Assembly (NCBI GenBank): GCA_030704615.1
Contig: CM060733.1
Location: 20,584,001-20,648,000, forward strand
DNA length: 64,000 bases
From: Takakia lepidozioides
Taxonomy: Eukaryota; Plantae; Bryophyta
Direction: 5' to 3'
Shown: positions 50,401 through 62,107 of the stretch, piece by piece
How positions within the stretch are numbered: position 1 is the stretch's first letter
Layout: each line of letters begins with the position of its first letter
Position numbers and translations under genes: made by a program
Notes under the pieces: model-generated
The model's input: only the letters and a program-made list of their open reading frames with translations
What the model was told of the DNA's origin: nothing
Databases searched by the model: none

Positions 50401-51685
50401 CTATCTTTCCCCTCCTCACTGCGTCATCTGACCTGGGTGTGGAATCTATGAACATGGGCTAGCTTTCTGAAAAGTAACTGTTTACTCTCGAGGGACCTTT
50501 TCCACTGGCAGCATTGCAAACTTTGTGAAGTCCCTTGCACACTCCTCACAAATACAGAGAGAGAATCCATCTACAAAGCCCCACTCATGCATGCTAGATT
50601 TTGATTATGAAACGTCCATTTGTTACCATATCCGGTTGCAGGTGCGAGCTCTAAATGCTCTCGGTGTTGTTGAGTTGCGAAGGGCGGAGCTGGGAGGCAC
50701 TATAAAGGTAAGCACTCATTTGTCTCAGTGGTGCATTACTTCATTATGGAGCATCCTTAGAAAGGTACCTGACTTCGTTGTTTGCATTGGCAACCAGAAA
50801 TTGAGAACTTGACTACAGTTGTTATTAGTGCATCGGGATCTTCTTTGCATATCTTTTTCTTTTTATGAGAAAGGGCTTCTCAGCAGTCTGAGCTGAGGGA
50901 GTTTAAGCCTGGGCCCCTGACGGCCGGTGATTTGACATCCATAAAAGGTACGGTATTGGTTGTGCTGTTCAGATGTGAAATGTCAGAATTCCAAAATTAG
51001 TTGTGGTTAACAATGTATTGTAGTGAAAGCATCCATGCTTAAGCTGGGTCACTCATGCTGAAGTTTTTAGTATGATTTTATTTGGATTCTATATGAGATT
51101 CGAGAATCCACTGCTTGGCCACATGCACAATTCTCTTGACTTTTTCTAAAGCACTTTAGTCACAACTCAAGGTTGAGCTGTACCTTGTTGATTGCTTGGA
51201 AAGGGCGGAGAGGAAGCCACTAAGGAGGCTGAACGAGTGCTGCAACACTGCTTATCCCTGTTAGACAAGGTGCTGTTCATTCCCCTGCACCTATGTGAGA
51301 AACAGACAAGACACTGAGGTGTCAGATGTTAGACATGCAGTAAGGGCACAGACTTCATAAGCCTCCGGAGCCAGTCCTGGAACTCTTTTCACAGGGTGAT
51401 GAACATCATAGCTGCATTGACATGGTGGGAGGAGTATCCACAGAAGATCATGCGTTAATTTTGACATGTGTGGCCCACTGGCAGCCACCTGGAGTATCAA
51501 AGCACATCCTTGAGGTTCCAGAGCTGCAGCAGGAATATATGGCCTGTATTCGCCACCTGGCCGCAGTTCTTCAGAAGGGCATGGGGAGCACTTTGCCTGA
51601 GGAAGCTGAACATCTTCTAAGCAGGGCAGCGGCCATCGAGTCCAAGTTGCATTCTAGAAAACAGTCTTCTGTTTCCAACCAATAA
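44461..51685 (+). CDS. Kinesin-light-chain-like tetratricopeptide repeat protein with an organellar-targeting-like N-terminus; multi-exon
   Basis: MAAWLPQMVRSHSMRR (44461-44509) then SNSHTARWRVYTDTGRDLFSQ/GRLDQAEKYLLRALEEAKKGFGETDPHVASSCNNL/AELFRMKREYAKAEPLF../VGFALHNLAGTY../IKERKLGPSHPEYASTLFHLGE/VLRLQG..; ends SSVSNQ* at 51685; some 3' exon boundaries uncertain. Confidence 0.88.
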
Positions 51686-53466
51686 AGCAAACGAAACTGC
51701 AAGGTACAAGTTTTACGAGGTTGGGCTGTCAGTTTCCGAGTTGAGTTGAGAGTATACTAGGCTCAAGCATTGATATATGTTCTCTTAGGTCAGCTTCCTT
51801 AGAGAATGCAACCTGGGAGGAAGCAAAAGAGATGATTTTGATCGGGGGTAGTTTCCCTTGAGCCTTGCAATGCCACAGTATAAACGCAGGGAAGTGAGGA
51901 TAGGATTAACAAGACTGACATAAGAGGAAGACTCCGGCCAAAGCTAGTGTAACTAAGAGCCAATTCACCTCACGGCTACTTCCTCCTTTCGGGGGTGGGC
52001 TCTCTTGAAGAGTGACACAAGGGCAGAGATTATGAGTTGTGGGATCCTCCGCAAGAGGTAGGCACTTGAAGGATGGAGAAGTACGAAGAGTTCACCTGAA
52101 CTTGGTGGACAGACTTGTCAGCTTATTGTAAACATCATCTTTCAGCGATAGTGATAAAGAAAGCTCATGACATTGCGGATTTTAATGGATTGTGCCCTTG
52201 TACATGTTCAATTTCTAGGCTGCTTGAGACTATACAATGTTCCCTAGTTTTCCACTGGAAGCTCGTCCCAACAGGCTTTGGAAACACAGCATTGTATGTA
52301 CCAAACAAAGGGTCTGAAGTCTGAAGGTCCATTTGTGTTCGAGAGGGAAACTTTTGAACTCTCTCTGGCATTTTACTGCCAGTGGTGCAACGGTAACTAG
52401 ATCTAGGGTTACGAAACGCGAAAACCGGGCTACTTACCGACCAGCTGCAGCCGGTCAGCGAAAGCAGGATCTTGAGGGATGAAGCCCGGTGTAGGCAGTC
52501 GTCTACCTGCTACGCGGTCACGTAAAACAAGGGTTGGCCTCGATAATAACGCCGCCCGGTCTGATCACCCGACGAGGAACGCCACGAGGCCCGAAGGGAC
52601 AGCCCCGATACATGCGCCGCCACCCGCAGAACTCCTGCTGCCCCACCCGACGGTACCTGCCCTTTTTGTCGCCTGTTTTGCCCGCGCACAGACTGTCGTA
52701 AATTGTTTTCTTAATCAATATATTTCTGTATTTTTAACCTGGCGCTAGAGTAGATATCGAGTAAAATATATATATATTAAAATTAAATTAAAAAAGAAAG
52801 ATCTCGAGATCAAAGCCTGCGAGCACGTCATTTCCTCAGTCTCAAGTCTCAACCTTCAATAAGCGAATGCGCGAATACAGTTTGAATATTTTTGGTGGGG
52901 GGGAGTGTCATTATTACATAGTAAAGAGCGAATCCTAATTTTAAGTTAAACTATCTATTATTAGTTCATTCGAAGTGGACGAGAGAGAGTAGAGATCGTG
53001 GATGTGGATGAAATTCGATTTTTTGGAAGATGGACAGAGGGTGGGGTCGGCCCGTACCGTGCCTGCAGCCTCGATATCCTGTGCCGCAGGAACCGGCGAC
53101 TCCTAGGGTGACCGGATCTTCAGCCGGTCCACCGGTGCCCTGCTGCGCCTCCGTGTCCCACTCGCACGTTGAATCACGCAGGCCACGCTCTGTTAGCTCG
53201 CACCCCACCTTCCCGACATCTGGGGTCCTGCCCACTCAGAATCTGCCACTTAACTCCTGTCAGACCTGGGTCTCTGTCCTTCCCCTTCTTTCTCTCGCGC
53301 TTGCCGTCCCCGCAAGCTCTTCTTTGTATGTGTGTTTGTATGTGTGCAGGGAGATAGCCAACGATAAATTAAATTGCGTCCGAGGATACAAACCTGCGTC
53401 CGAGGGTGTGTAATAATAATAGGAGACACACGAGAGCCCAGATAGGGCGGAGGAGCGGACGCCAAA

Positions 53467-53601
53467 ATGGCGGCGGAGAACATGACAAGGGGGGCAGACA
53501 GCCGGGAGAGGGGTGCCGCTAAACGGGGCGCGGAAAAACCGCCGCGTTCACACCGGGGTCTGCGCGAGGTGGTTCCGAATGGAAAACGGGCTCGCGTCTG
53601 A
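53467..53601 (+). other. 44-aa small ORF or uORF in the ARP 5' region
   Basis: gccaaaATGGCGGCG strong Kozak context; MAAENMTRGADSRERGAAKRGAEKPPRSHRGLREVVPNGKRARV*. Confidence 0.4.
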
Positions 53602-56600
53602 TGGCGACAGGGCCCGGGCCCGTCGTCTGACCCGGGGAGGGAGCGCGGGTCACCCTTTCTCTTCGTTTCCCGTTCTTCCGCGTCTTCCCCCCTCTTCACC
53701 TCCTCTCGACAATGTGACAGCCACAATCGTCGCTCGGATTGCTGTCCCCTGCCGGTTTTTTTGCAAGATTTGTATGTTCGTCTGATCCGCTGGCCCTTGC
53801 AAGTATGTTGATTCGCCTTACCAAGTTTAGTGCGTGGACACCTCACCTCTCTCTCCCGCTTCCGGACTTTTCGGTGTTTGCTGGCTGACTATATGCTATC
53901 TTCTGCAATCTTGAGTTAATCTTATTGTCACCCGTTCCGAATATGTTCCTGATCTCTCTGTGATGCTTTGGTTGCCGAAGTATGTTTTCGATTGTCGAGT
54001 TTCTTCCTTGACGTATTCTCTCTGCCGTGCCGAAAGCAGTCTTTAACACATCTGTACTTCGCATTCTCTACTTCTTGCATGTTCTCCTCTCAGGTATTTT
54101 TCTTAGAGTTGAATTCAGTCATTGATGATCGAATTGGCGCCGGACTGGCAGTGTGTCTCTGCGATGTTTCTGCCTACCAGATGATGCTTTCTTCCTATTC
54201 TGAATTCTAAAATGTCCGCTGTGCCGTGCTTGCCTATTTCCTTCCCCTCTCTGGCAGTATGTATGTGAAGTCTGCCTGGCTTGCTGGAAGTCTTCCCGGC
54301 TTGCTTCTTGCGCTGTGAATGCTGAAAGTTACCCTCTCCTTGTCTTCCCACTGTTTGACCCGTTTGCAGTTATAGAGTCTGCATTCTCTTCGTGTCTGTG
54401 CTTTTCTTCAATCTGATTTGTGTGCTGTTTAATTGAGGATTTTCGCTTTCTTCCTGTTGCAAAATTCCTACCTTCCTCCGTTGAGAATCCGCATACTCTT
54501 GTATATTGTTATCTCTTCAGACATTGTTGCGTCTTTTTTCGGATTAGTAGCAGCAATCTCTTTATCTTTGGGGTGAGTGGTCTCATACTATGGCCAGTGT
54601 TCCATCTACTGGTTGACTTCTTTAATTGTTCAACGGGTCTGGTTTTGTCGCCATGTATGCGAGTGCTTACTGCTTACCACTCTCTGTCGTTGTTGTCTCA
54701 TTCATTCTCGTGGTTCTGTGTATGTTTCTCTCGGTGTGAGACCCCTGCTATTGCTCCAAAGTTTGCGTCCTCAGTTTCTTTTGTGAACATTCATGTCTGT
54801 CCAATACTGTAGAGGTGCTGAACAACAGTCAACAAAGTTGACAACAAAGTTGAGGTCAACTGCTGGGACCATGGGGCAAAGTTTGGTGGGCTTGTCGCTT
54901 TTGGTTTTATTTAATATACTGATTTGATTCCCCCCTGTCGTTGTAGTTTTCTCCCTCAGATTTTCGGACCCCACTTGTATGCGCTTTCCTGTCTCTCTTT
55001 TCAATTTGCTGCTTCTGGAGGTTTACCTGTACGAGCCTACCAAATTTTCCCGCACTGCTGAGTTCGAGATTGTCCACCCGGATTCTTCAAGTGGTGGGAT
55101 TCTGATAGTCTATCTGTTCTGTTTGTGTGATCTGGTTTCCATCGGTCCCTTAATCTTCCTCTTAAACGTCCTCGCCAGAGATGCGGAGGCGTTGTGGTTG
55201 TTTATCGGTGCTCGTGTAGTGGAGCGCAGTCCTGCAATAACCATTTCAGCCCCCCTCTCTGTTGGCTCCCCTTTTTGTCTGCCGGTCGCTAGTTTGGGAA
55301 TGTGTTTTATGTCGCCATTTCTTAACTTCGCCCGGCGATTTTTTCAGTTTGTAGTGGTGGTCCTATCTCCTCCTTCACGCTGTATTAGTTCTTGTATAAT
55401 TCTTTCTTTGGTCTTTCTCTCTGTGCAAGTGTTTGGGATAGACATGGGCGCAATCCTATCTTGCTCTCTCCCTTCGATTATCTCTTAAGTGTTTCTGAAT
55501 GGTCAGAGGTCTTGGAACGGTCCTCCTTGTTTCTCTAAGTCAGTACCCTAATGGTTGTGGATTGTAGGCAACCATTATCCTCATCTCTTTGCATGTTCAT
55601 GGTACTGCAGGTTTGTAGCTGTCTCATTTTACCTACAACCAACCAAGACATCTCCCACCATGTTCAAGAAGAATTTATTGGTCACAGGTAATTTGGGTTG
55701 ACCACCTTTATATTATAGAGGTTTCAGTAGCCATTTCAGCAGTCATTGTTGAAGGCACACCAACCCTGCCTCTGTCTTTCTGTTCCGCCTCAAATGAGTA
55801 ATCAACAGTTAGAAGTACCTCTCATTGTTGTCCTCTCCTTTCATGACTGATATGCAGATTGGCCTTCATGCTCATGGAGCCATCAAGTGCAGGTGGGCCA
55901 GGAAGGAGTGTTTTTCGAGGGGGTCTGTGGTTTGGAAATTTGCAGGTGTCCTCTGCACTCTTTTATACTAGAGGCACTTGATTTCATCTAGAAGTTTGTG
56001 CCAGCCTCAACTAATTGGACTACAGAAATGAAATGGTGCTTTATAATTGGACTACAGAGAAATTCCCTTTCAGAAGTTCTCTCCAGTGCATGTTCTCTGT
56101 TTCAATAAACATAAAATCCCCTCCCCACCTATCCCCAAAAAATAGGCATCTATTTTGTTGGTGTCCTATCATTGTACAACTTCGTTTTCTGCTTACGACT
56201 GTCCCCCCTCCTGTCTCCTCCTGAATCCACTGAACATTTTTCATGTCTTTTCACAACTCTCTGTGGCAGAGGCCTTTCAGCATGGAGGACTAGAAGTGTC
56301 TGGCAGCTTACCTGCATAAGGCACTTAGTCTGTGTGCGACATTGTCTGATTTGGTATTCTCTTGTAGTTTTACTCATCTCATTGGCCCCAATGGCACAGA
56401 TGGAATAAAGGTTTTTCTTTTATGTTTCTTTTCTCTGGATTCAATGGTGTGCGAGTCCTGACCTTTTTAACTCCTTTCTCAACCACTTTCTGTGCCTCTT
56501 GGGTTTTGCGGCAGGTGTCACATCCCAGGCTGTTTGGTAACTACTAATCGAGGCACACCTGGTCTCAGCTGTGAAGGATAGTTCCATGCTAGGCGAGTAG

Positions 56601-57371
56601 AACAGTCAGGCCCCAAGTCATCCCAAGAAAGTGGCGGTGTCCAAATCTTCTTTTATATCACGGAAGGAGTTCCATGATATATTTGGATGCTTTCCGATTA
56701 TTGGCAGTTGGAGAGGCCCTGCAGCTCAGCAACACTCCAATACATTTGGTCTATCTGCTGAGTCTCAACTTCGAGGTTATCATTGATAGATTGAAGATAA
56801 GAGACTCTAACAAGAAATGAAGAATCAGGAGTAGGTCATAGATGGGGTCCAATCTGGAATCCAAGGTGTTTGCAGTTGTTTGGAGTCCTGAGCAAGCCTT
56901 TCAGGAGGGAACAAAAGTGGATGTTCACACACAACCCTTTGTGGATTCTTGAAAGAAGTGGAGCAATCTTATTTGGTTGATTTAGGATGGTCAAGCCTAT
57001 CGTACCTCAAGTACGCACGTATAGAGCATTAACTGGATATAGAGCTAGTGTTTCGATGGCGGATAACAAGTGCCACTGGTACCTAAGATGGAGAAGCTGC
57101 AACATCCAGGGGATGAGTGAAGGTCACATTATCAGAAAATTTTGGTAATTTTTGTCCCGGACGGCAGTTAAAAGAGGATATAGGAATTGAGAACTGGACC
57201 TACAGTGCATCATGAGAGGGAGATCCACCTACAATGGAGCATGGGTGAAGGAGGGCTGAAACCCAGAGCCGTGACTGTTTTGAGCTAGCTGGATATGTAG
57301 TGATTAAGAAATCTGACGAATCCGCAATGAGAATGCTGTAGCCTTTTGAGAGGAGTGACCATGGAGCAGAG

Positions 57372-60300
57372 ATGAAGGAGCGGCAGCGATGGCAGGCTGA
57401 GGAGGATGCAGTGCTGCATGAGTATGTGAAGCAGTATGGACCCCGGGATTGGCATCTTGTTTCGCAGCGCATGGGTACCCTGCTGGACCGTGATGCCAAG
57501 TCATGTGTGGAGCGATGGAAGAACTACCTCAAACCGGGTATCAAGAAAGGGCCCCTTTCTGACGAGGAGCAGCAGTTGGTCATCAGGTCTTTCCACACAT
57601 TTTATCTTCCAGCAACTGATTCAAATGAATTTGATCACAGAGCTTCGAATTAGCATAGGGGTTTTTGTTTTAGGCTTGGTCATCAAACTTAGATTTGTTA
57701 AATTCTATAGAACTAATGCCAAATACTGCCAAACTTGCAAAGGTTGTCCAAAAAAACCCAATTTCCATTGATGCATGGAGTTTTGAACTTGCACATGTTG
57801 TCCTGGCCCTTGTTTTTATCTGAATCCTGCTGGCTCCTGTAAGAAACTCCACATGCGTTGCGTCAGCTATGACTTGTTCAGTGAAGTCCCTCCAACACTA
57901 CTAAATTGAAACTGGATGGATCCTTCAGTTGTTGTCTGAGTGGGAAGATGCTTGTGTTTCGTAAAATTAAGGAGACCACCCTGGCGCTCAGCTTGCAGGC
58001 CAAGTATGGAAACAAATGGAAGAAGATTGCAGCAGAGGTCCCTGGACGGACAGCAAAGCGATTGGGCAAATGGTGGGAGGTATTTAAAGATAAACAGCAG
58101 AAGGAAAAAGAGAAAGAGCGGCCCCGATTTGGTGGAGCAGGGTCAGCTGATGGAGCCAGTAACTACAGCGAAATTCTCGCCACATTTGCTGACAAATATG
58201 GGCAGCGGCAACTTGGCTCCACAGTATTACCCACTCCTCCTTTTCCTATGCCACCATTACTGGTGCCGCCAGTCATCGCCCCATTGGGGTTGGTTGGGAC
58301 ACCCATACCTGGGAGGTCTGCTGTTCCCTCACCTGCAGGAATATTAACACCAAAGCTCCCTCCTTTTGACTCGCATTCCTCTCTTCCTTTGGCCACACTT
58401 GCAGTGCCTGTTTCTGTGATGACAACTGCCATAGGTTCATGGCTCTCAAGTGCAATCAATGTTTCCCAGCTGGGAAACCCAATTTCCACAGCAGTAGGTG
58501 GAACTGCTGGGCTTGGAGGATCAGATGCAAAGATCATCACGATGGAAATGCCCTCATCAAGGGGGTCAGAGGCCCACACAGCTACAACCATGGCCACAAG
58601 TAAAGGATCTTCAACACCAGAAGGCTTGAATCTGATATTTAATCTGGTGTATGATATTGTTGCTCTATGCGGTGACGCATGTTGTTGCGCCTGTGCTTTC
58701 ACCTTGAGGATACAATTGAAGCTGTGGTCTAACTACAAACCATAGACTCACAAGTGCATGGCTTGCACACTGCAAAAGAAAATATTGGCAATTACCAGTG
58801 GACATTTTTACCAATTTCTTTCAAAAGTCAATCTATTGCATCCATGACTTCATGTTTTGTTTTTCTTGTCAATTTCAATGTTAAACTGGTATTTGGAGCT
58901 CCTTGCAGGTACGATGCAGGGTCCCACACCTGGTAAGAAAAAACCTGCTTCAGAAGTGGCAGCAGTCTCTGCTGTGAGCCAACCAGCAGCCAGTGCAGGA
59001 AGTTCCTCCCTCCCTCCATGGATGTCAATCGTGCCATCAAATACCTCTCACATGCCAGTGCTTGGGAGTGATGACCAGCTTCCTGCTCATGCCTCAATTG
59101 CAGTCTCAGATACAGGGACTCCCACCTCACTAGCAAGAGGTGTCTCTGCCCCTGATCCATCTCCGTCAGTGTCCCTTTCACTCTCAACTTCTATGGTGGC
59201 CCCCAGCGTGCCTCCGTCAGACTCTGCATTTGTGCTGGCACACAGGTACTGCTTCTGCTTTTAAGATAGCAGTTTGGTACAAAAATTTCCTGAAAATTGA
59301 GTCTTGTAAGAAGCAAAGCACTCACTGCCATTGAAGATTTTGATTGAATTAATGTTTGACCAGTACAGATTGATGAGGAGCAGACTCTGACAGAAGGGTG
59401 CCATTTTGTTGTGCTACTCTGACCAAACACGAAATGTCCAAATGGTGAAACTGGTTTCTTTTGTGAGTTTCTATTGTGGGTTTGTCGGCCTGAAAATATG
59501 GTCAATGCTTCTTTATCTCTTTGGTGACAATGCTTTGTTGTTTGCTCCTCGTATGCTATCTTGGACTAGTTTAGCCAGACTAGGTTAGCGAGTAAGCAAG
59601 TCTGAAAATATAATAAGATAAGAGTAGAAGCTGAAGAGACCAATGACTAAGCAAAGGAAGCTGAACAGTCAGAATTGCTAAGGCCAAGGGTTAGGCCTTT
59701 GGATAGCAAGCAGTGAATAGCTTGTAGATCAAGGGGGCAATCCTCGTGGAGCACTTAGGGGGGGAGCCACTGACCTATTGAGGAAGCAAGACTGAGAGCA
59801 TTGGATGCTAGATGAACCAGAGTACTCCTTGGCAAGTAGCAAGAAGAGGATTCAAGTTTGGTCGTTGAGCATTAAGAGTGTGGTTCTACTACAATGTATC
59901 AGAGGTGCTCTGCTTGAAAATCACAATAGAAAAAAGCTCAGCGGCTGAATTTTGCGATCTTAAAAAACTGAGAACCAATACAACTATGATATCCTCCTAT
60001 CTGGAAGCAATCAGGTCCCAAGGGGTTTGGAGATGCAAGTCTACCATATGTTCTCAATGTTTCGAGCATTACATAATTAACTGTGATTACTGCAGTAATG
60101 CTAAGACCAGTAGGGGTTTTTTAAAGTATTCTAACATGCTTGAACCATATGATGTTGAACACCTTCGATCGGAAATGCATTAATGGACAAGAGAGGCCCT
60201 TTTTTCGGGTTTTGGAGACTGGATCTCTGTATTCATCCATTACTAGACAGCAATGTTGAATATTGTTACCACTTGCACTAGCTTAGTATTTTCCTTAGAA

Positions 60301-61349
60301 CAAGCCTTTGCAACCCCTAAGAGAAGCTGCTGTTTACAGGGCATGGCTACAGGAGTCATTGAGCAGAAGGGAGGCTAGCTCCAGTTCAAGAGCTGTGATT
60401 CCTGATGCAATTGTTAACACACAAGCAGCGTGGTGCCCCATCAATCCCCAGTCAATGGAGAAGATATTGACTGGGCCCAACCTGGTGTTGAGTAGATCCA
60501 TGCTGACTGCTGACCCGGCCTCAAGCTGTAAGTCCTGGTCAAGGTTCCTTGAGTGTTGCAAGGAGCTCGAAGAAGGTCGTCAGATCTGGTTTGCTCAAAG
60601 GAAGGAGTCTAGCTGGCGATTGAAGCGACTGGAAGCACAGCTTGAGTCTGAAAAGATGCAGCGAAGGAAACAAAAAATGGAAGAGGTGGAAGCTTCAATT
60701 GTGGGGATACGAGATGATGAGCGCAAGTTCTTAGAGGGGCTGGAGGCCGACTACAAGGAGAAGGTGTGGCTACTTCCCTCACATCTTGGTAGTAGTACCA
60801 GCATGGCATTGTCATGCCTGCATGTCTGATGAATCTTGAGTGAAAGATTGCTTTTGTTGTACTGACCGACAGAGACATGTTTTAATTGCAGGCAGTGCCT
60901 TTGGTAGATTTGTTAATGTAAGTATAAGGTCCAACGATCGGATAGGAATTGGTAGAGAATCGTTGGCAAATAGTTTGTGAATATCAACTGGACTTACCAA
61001 CTACTACTAGTCAGTGTGCCTCCCCCCCCCCACCCGCTCACCTGCACATACTGGACAAGTTGCTGCCCATTTGGTGAAAAGTTAAATGTTGAATTTGTCT
61101 CTTCTTGAGGGTTAGCTGGTTAATCACATTGGCAACTATTGCTCAATGTCTCTGACTCCAACATGTTTGATTGCTGGGAAGATCTCGAGCCTTCACAGGG
61201 AGGAAGAGCAGAAGGACGCCAAAATGGTTGAGATATGGACAGCCAAGCACATGCAGCTCTCTCAGTTTGTTGAGCAAATGCTGCATCAGCCACCGCCACC
61301 TACACCTCCACAATCTCATCCAGGAACGGGGCCATCAGAGAAATCATGA
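57372..61349 (+). CDS. AS1: ARP (AS1/RS2/PHAN) R2R3-MYB transcription factor; 5 coding exons (57372-57586, 57992-~58600/58623, 58909-59245, 60340-~60763, 61182-61349)
   Basis: [81 protein letters not shown]; C-terminal [43 protein letters not shown] is the ARP signature. Confidence 0.95.
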
Positions 61350-62033
61350 CCATAATCCCAACATCCTTCAATTTGCAAAGGTTTCAAGAATACATTGTGG
61401 TTACTGCAGCTGTACCTTGGAAGTTTGCCAGGAACGTTACCTCTGCTGATGGTGTGCAAGTTGCAACACTTAGCCATTTGTCGATGGACCAGACACCAGA
61501 CCTTGAGAAGGGTGTCATATTTTTCATTATGATCTCAGGAAATTCAAAGCTGAGCAAAGCCGTATGTCCAGCATGTGCAGTGTTCATAAGGCAGGTCAAC
61601 ATAAGTGTTGTTGTTCTTGCACTATCCCATCCCCAGCACCTAGCTTTTCTCCAGAAATTAGTGCAATTGCATGCGTGCTCCATGGCACAGGGGACCTTTG
61701 ACCACTGATATGCAAAAGTTCCATGCAAGACCTTTATGGAAGCTGCTACCCTGCTACATCCCCTACCACTGTCAGTGGTTGTTGGAACCTTTCAAGATGA
61801 GTTGTGAGGATGGAGACTCTCCACATTTCTTTGTAGAATTCAGCTCAGTTCCAACACATTTATCTCGAATGTAAATCTCATATGAAGGGTCTGAAGAAAT
61901 CTGAGCCCAAGTTGGGCAGAAGCATTCAACGAGCATGGTCATATGCAGCAACGACTACTGACTGGGTTCTTCTATCAGACACGCCCCTATTCATACCAAT
62001 GAAACAGGTCCAGTTTTACCAAAACACTTAAAC

Positions 62034-62107
62034 TGGCCCATGCAGGTTTCGAACCTGCGACCTTCGCGTTATTAGCACGACGCTCTAACCAACTGAGCTA
62101 AAAGGCC
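62034..62107 (-). tRNA. tRNA-Ile (AAU)
   Basis: GGCCTTTTAGCTCAGTTGGTTAGAGCGTCGTGCT-AAT-AACGCGAAGGTCGCAGGTTCGAAACCTGCATGGGCCA; intact A and B boxes; T-run shortly downstream. Confidence 0.95.

Noticed and set aside
53250-53846. 198-aa minus-strand ORF
   Set aside because: GC-rich promoter region where stop codons are scarce; no domain recognised
54420-55488. Hydrophobic 130-aa and 169-aa ORFs as membrane proteins
   Set aside because: They arise from T-rich intron-like sequence in the ARP leader, giving F/L/S/C-biased composition
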